The notes under the pieces: generated by a model | What the model saw: only the letters and a program-made list of their open reading frames with translations | What the model was told of the DNA's origin: nothing | Database searches by the model: none | Made by a program: the position numbers and the translations under genes | Shown here: positions 61,573 through 64,000 of the stretch, piece by piece | How positions within the stretch are numbered: position 1 is the first letter of the stretch | Layout of the letters: each line of letters opens with the position of its first letter | From: a virus | Taxonomy: Duplodnaviria > Heunggongvirae > Uroviricota > Caudoviricetes | Length of the DNA stretch: 64,000 nt | Direction: 5' to 3' (one strand) | IMG/VR virus record: IMGVR_UViG_3300023174_000136 | Coordinates: 1-64,000 of that record

Positions 61573-62425
61573 CGAAGCAGAATACGAGACTAATAGACTC
61601 ATAGAAAGTTTCGATAAACACGGAATTAAAACTACAATTGCCAATCCTGAAAATTTTGACATTATTATAGGAACTGATATTGGTAATAGTTTAAAATATA
61701 AGGGCAAATGTATTGAGCCTCCTAAACTTGTACTAACTAGAACAGGTTCGGGAACAAATGGATTCATTACATCTTTGATAAGACAATTTGAAGAATCTGG
61801 TGTATGCTGCATCAACGGTTCTAAAAGCATCGAGGTTGCCAAAGATAAACTTCGAACTAATCAACTGTTAGCTAAAAATAATATTCCTATTCCAAATACC
61901 ATGTTGGTAAGATTTCCCGTTGACATTGAAATCGTAGATCAAAATATTGGATGGCCATGTGTTGTCAAAGTTATTACAGGCAGTCATGGTGATGGAGTTT
62001 ATCTCTGTGAGAAAAAGCGCGATTTCAAGAAACTCATGGAATTTATTGATAGTCTCAAAACCCGCGAAACACTGATAGTACAAGAATATATCAACGAACG
62101 ACCCGGTGAAGATTTGAGAGTCTTGGTAATAGGCGGTAAAGTAGTTGGTGCAATGAAAAGAACTGCACCTGACGGAGACTTTCGAGCAAACATTAGTGCA
62201 GGCGGTCATGGCGAAGCGTTTGAAGTTACTGAAGAAATAGACTATATTGCCAGAGAAACTGCCAGAGTGTGCGGACTTCATATTGCAGGAATAGACTTGC
62301 TTTTCGACAAGACGGGCTTTAAAGTATGCGAAGCTAATTCTGCACCAGGATTTTCAGGATTTGAAAAATACTGCGATTTTGATGTAGCAGACCAGATTAC
62401 GGATTACATCAAGTTCAAGTTGTAG
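61544..62425 (+). CDS. RimK-type ATP-grasp ligase
   Basis: WPCVVKVITGSHGDGVYLCE...LIVQEYI...DLRVLVIGGKVVGAMKR...GDFRANISAGG is an ATP-grasp layout. Confidence 0.7.
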   Translation: MSVLILTKRNEAEYETNRLIESFDKHGIKTTIANPENFDIIIGTDIGNSLKYKGKCIEPPKLVLTRTGSGTNGFITSLIRQFEESGVCCINGSKSIEVAKDKLRTNQLLAKNNIPIPNTMLVRFPVDIEIVDQNIGWPCVVKVITGSHGDGVYLCEKKRDFKKLMEFIDSLKTRETLIVQEYINERPGEDLRVLVIGGKVVGAMKRTAPDGDFRANISAGGHGEAFEVTEEIDYIARETARVCGLHIAGIDLLFDKTGFKVCEANSAPGFSGFEKYCDFDVADQITDYIKFKL

Positions 62426-62434
62426 GAGACCACG

Positions 62435-62566
62435 ATGAAAGTCAATAAAATCATTATGAAAATGTATAAGGCCATTATTGATAAAGACATTAAGCTAGAA
62501 AAGAAGCTTTGGTTCAAAGCTCTCAAGAAATCTCTTAAGAGCAAGAAAACACAGGTGATCAAATGA
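62435..62566 (+). CDS. small Lys-rich protein (43 aa)
   Basis: TAGGAG RBS 6 nt upstream. ATGA-coupled to the Nudix gene. Confidence 0.4.
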   Translation: MKVNKIIMKMYKAIIDKDIKLEKKLWFKALKKSLKSKKTQVIK

Positions 62567-63078
62567 GTAATCGAAAATATTGTGGAAACTGCGGAAATCT
62601 CTATCAACGACAGGATTGGCCCAGACATTGTGGTGAATGTGGTGAAATTGCATGGAAGAATCCTATTCCTGCAACTTTTCTGCTGCAACCGATTTATGAT
62701 CCTGTAACTGATGGAATGGGTCTTGCAATTGCTCGTCGTGCGATAAATCCTCATGCAGGTGAATGGGCATTCATGGGCGGATATGTGGACATGTCGGACA
62801 GTGATTTTATTTCAGCAGCAAAACGAGAGTTTCAAGAAGAATCAAGGCTTGATCCACTAGGTGTTGGCCGCATTGTTCACACAGAAGCAAACGGCAATGG
62901 CATTATGATGATTGCGGTTCTCATGTCGGAAGCTATGAATGTCAACGATTTCATTACACATGGTCAAACATGTCCAGAAAATCATGAATTAGGCGTGATG
63001 TGGCATTATGATGAATATAAATTGTGCTTCTCAATTAATCGTAAAGTTGCACAAATGTGGTTTGACAGAGAAATTTAA
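62563..63078 (+). CDS. Nudix hydrolase with an N-terminal zinc ribbon (NudC-like)
   Basis: The zinc ribbon is CGNCGN...CGECGE. The Nudix box is GGYVDMSDSDFISAAKREFQEESRL. Confidence 0.7.
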   Translation: MSNRKYCGNCGNLYQRQDWPRHCGECGEIAWKNPIPATFLLQPIYDPVTDGMGLAIARRAINPHAGEWAFMGGYVDMSDSDFISAAKREFQEESRLDPLGVGRIVHTEANGNGIMMIAVLMSEAMNVNDFITHGQTCPENHELGVMWHYDEYKLCFSINRKVAQMWFDREI

Positions 63079-63269
63079 TGACTAGAAAAATAAACACGGA
63101 TCTCGAAACTTATACAGATGAACAACAGCGCCTTAAAGCAACATTTGAACAAAACAAATATGAGATCAAGCCTAACGATCCATTGCGTCTTCGCAAGGTT
63201 GAGATGGATCGTGAACAGGCAGAGTTCAAAGAAAAATCTAAAAACTTTGTAGTTCGAATTATCTCTTGA
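63078..63269 (+). CDS. hypothetical small protein
   Basis: TAATG overlap. 63 aa. Confidence 0.4.
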   Translation: MTRKINTDLETYTDEQQRLKATFEQNKYEIKPNDPLRLRKVEMDREQAEFKEKSKNFVVRIIS

Positions 63270-63294
63270 CACTGCGTTAAAATTAGTGTTAAAT
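63266..63294 (+). promoter_or_regulatory. sigma70-like promoter TTGACA-N17-TTAAAT directly upstream of the tRNA-like element
   Basis: TTGACA at 63266-63271 and TTAAAT at 63289-63294. Confidence 0.45.
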
Positions 63295-63303
63295 AACGTT
63301 ATC

Positions 63304-63365
63304 AGTTGCTCGAAAGCTAACTGAAAGATGTAAAGACGGCGGTTCGACTCCGCCCATCTCCACCA
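63304..63365 (+). ncRNA. tRNA-like 3' fragment (hairpin, T-arm, acceptor 3' strand, ACCA). It is a putative small RNA or attP-type tRNA 3' end, not a complete tRNA
   Basis: GGCGG-TTCGACT-CCGCC is a canonical T-arm with a TTCGA loop. It is followed by CATCTCC, A and CCA. No matching 5' acceptor strand (GGAGATG) or D/anticodon arm is present upstream. A 7-bp hairpin lies at 63304-63322. Confidence 0.35.
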
Positions 63366-63650
63366 TCTACGCTGTGCATTTAGTATCTGCTAGATAGTAT
63401 TGTCTAAAGACTTAGACTAACGCTATCCTTATATAGCACAGTGTAGTTGATGGGGATGAACTGGGATCGATTTGCATTACATAGGAAAGTCTAGACTGAT
63501 TGGTTGGCCGCATATAAGCCAAAACTGTAAATGTCAACTTTGTTGCACATAATGATAATGATCTTTCAGTAATGGAAATTGCTGCTTGATCTAACGATCA
63601 TTCGGAGTTTGTGGGTGTACTCTGTCAAATAAACACCCTCACTTTTCTTA

Positions 63651-63679
63651 TTGACAACCTCTATTCAAGGTGTTAAAAT
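63651..63679 (+). promoter_or_regulatory. sigma70-like promoter TTGACA-N17-TAAAAT
   Basis: Exact 17-nt spacer. It lies upstream of the ATG at 63686. Confidence 0.5.
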
Positions 63680-63685
63680 CTAATC

Positions 63686-64000
63686 ATGAAAAAATATTGC
63701 TACTATTTCACGCGCCAGGACATCTTTAAAGAGTACCAACTCGTTCAAACGGCGCATGTTGCCTATAAATTGGGATCTAAGCTAGGCAAGGATGCAGATC
63801 CTAATAATACCTATTTTACTTGCATAGGCGTTCGTAATCTTACGGCACTTGAAGCTGTTGAAAAAATTCTCCAAACATTTGGATTCAAATACGAATCGTT
63901 TATTGAGCCCGATCTCAATGCCGGTGAACAAACTGCTATTGCCGTTTATCCCATTGATGAAGACAGGCGCGATGTTTTAATGGCATTTAATTTGCTAAAA
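63686..64000 (+). CDS. hypothetical protein, 3'-partial (runs off the window end)
   Basis: ATG ORF giving MKKYCYYFTRQDIFKEYQLVQTAHVAYKLGSKLG... It stays open to position 64000. Confidence 0.45.
   Translation, partial: MKKYCYYFTRQDIFKEYQLVQTAHVAYKLGSKLGKDADPNNTYFTCIGVRNLTALEAVEKILQTFGFKYESFIEPDLNAGEQTAIAVYPIDEDRRDVLMAFNLLK

Noticed and set aside
61243-62754. Minus-strand ORFs 61243-61842, 61868-62281, 61999-62193 and 62404-62754
   Set aside because: They are antisense to the LpxH-like, RimK and Nudix genes, which have clear catalytic motifs on the + strand.
63304-63365. A complete tRNA gene
   Set aside because: The T-arm, acceptor 3' strand and CCA are present. No complementary 5' acceptor strand (GGAGATG), D-arm or 7-nt anticodon loop is found within about 100 nt upstream. 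The upstream hairpin has a 4-nt loop. It is reported only as a tRNA-like 3' fragment.
1-64000. Integrated prophage flanked by host genes
   Set aside because: No integrase, no host housekeeping genes and no rRNA were seen. Gene content and tight coupling are phage-like throughout. The tRNA-like fragment alone is insufficient evidence.

Overview
The window reads as a segment of a large tailed dsDNA phage genome (Caudoviricetes). It is about 40% GC, almost entirely coding, and most genes are on the + strand with ATGA/TAATG start-stop overlaps. I saw no integrase, CRISPR array or rRNA.

Content in order:
- **1-7.1 kb:** a block of about 20 small translationally coupled genes, typical of an early region. 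It includes a four-member paralog family ending in LKWS, two HNH-type nucleases and a tandem pair of lipoprotein paralogs. Several perfect sigma70-consensus promoters (TTGACA-N17-TATAAT) sit here.
- **6.9-8.2 kb:** a GIY-YIG homing-endonuclease cassette bracketed by 37-bp direct repeats.
- **8.2-15.7 kb:** an SPFH/band-7 protein, a 590-aa AT-rich protein of unknown function, a SleB-like cell-wall hydrolase, an ATP-dependent DNA ligase, a clear IF-1 (infA) homolog and an HNH endonuclease.
- **15.8-17.2 kb:** a lysis cassette with an i-spanin carrying an embedded lipoprotein o-spanin, a GH19 endolysin and a holin-like protein.
- **17.2-45.3 kb:** a large tail-fibre/adhesin region. It contains a fibre gene with three arrays of 81-bp tandem repeats and a 1814-aa RCC1-repeat protein. 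A four-gene glycan-modification island follows (GT9-methyltransferase fusion, GT25, methyltransferase, sulfotransferase). After it come a 1627-aa collagen-like fibre, two LamG-domain proteins, a Gly-rich fibre with an internal duplication, two duplicated modules of a small acidic protein plus a fibre, and a minus-strand QueC-like PP-loop ATPase module.
- **45.3-53.4 kb:** a secreted DRGH-type nuclease, a 675-aa internal protein with two copies of a DxDxDG motif, a PD-(D/E)XK nuclease and a pectate-lyase-fold tailspike.
- **53.8-63.3 kb:** nucleotide metabolism (nrdA, nrdB, glutaredoxin, a second GIY-YIG endonuclease, thyX) and a module of LpxH-like phosphoesterase, RimK-type ATP-grasp ligase and NudC-like Nudix hydrolase.
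- **63.3-64.0 kb:** a promoter-driven tRNA-like 3' fragment (T-arm, acceptor 3' strand, ACCA) that may be an attP core or a small RNA, then a partial CDS running off the window end.

All functional calls come from motifs I recognise by eye. I ran no database search.
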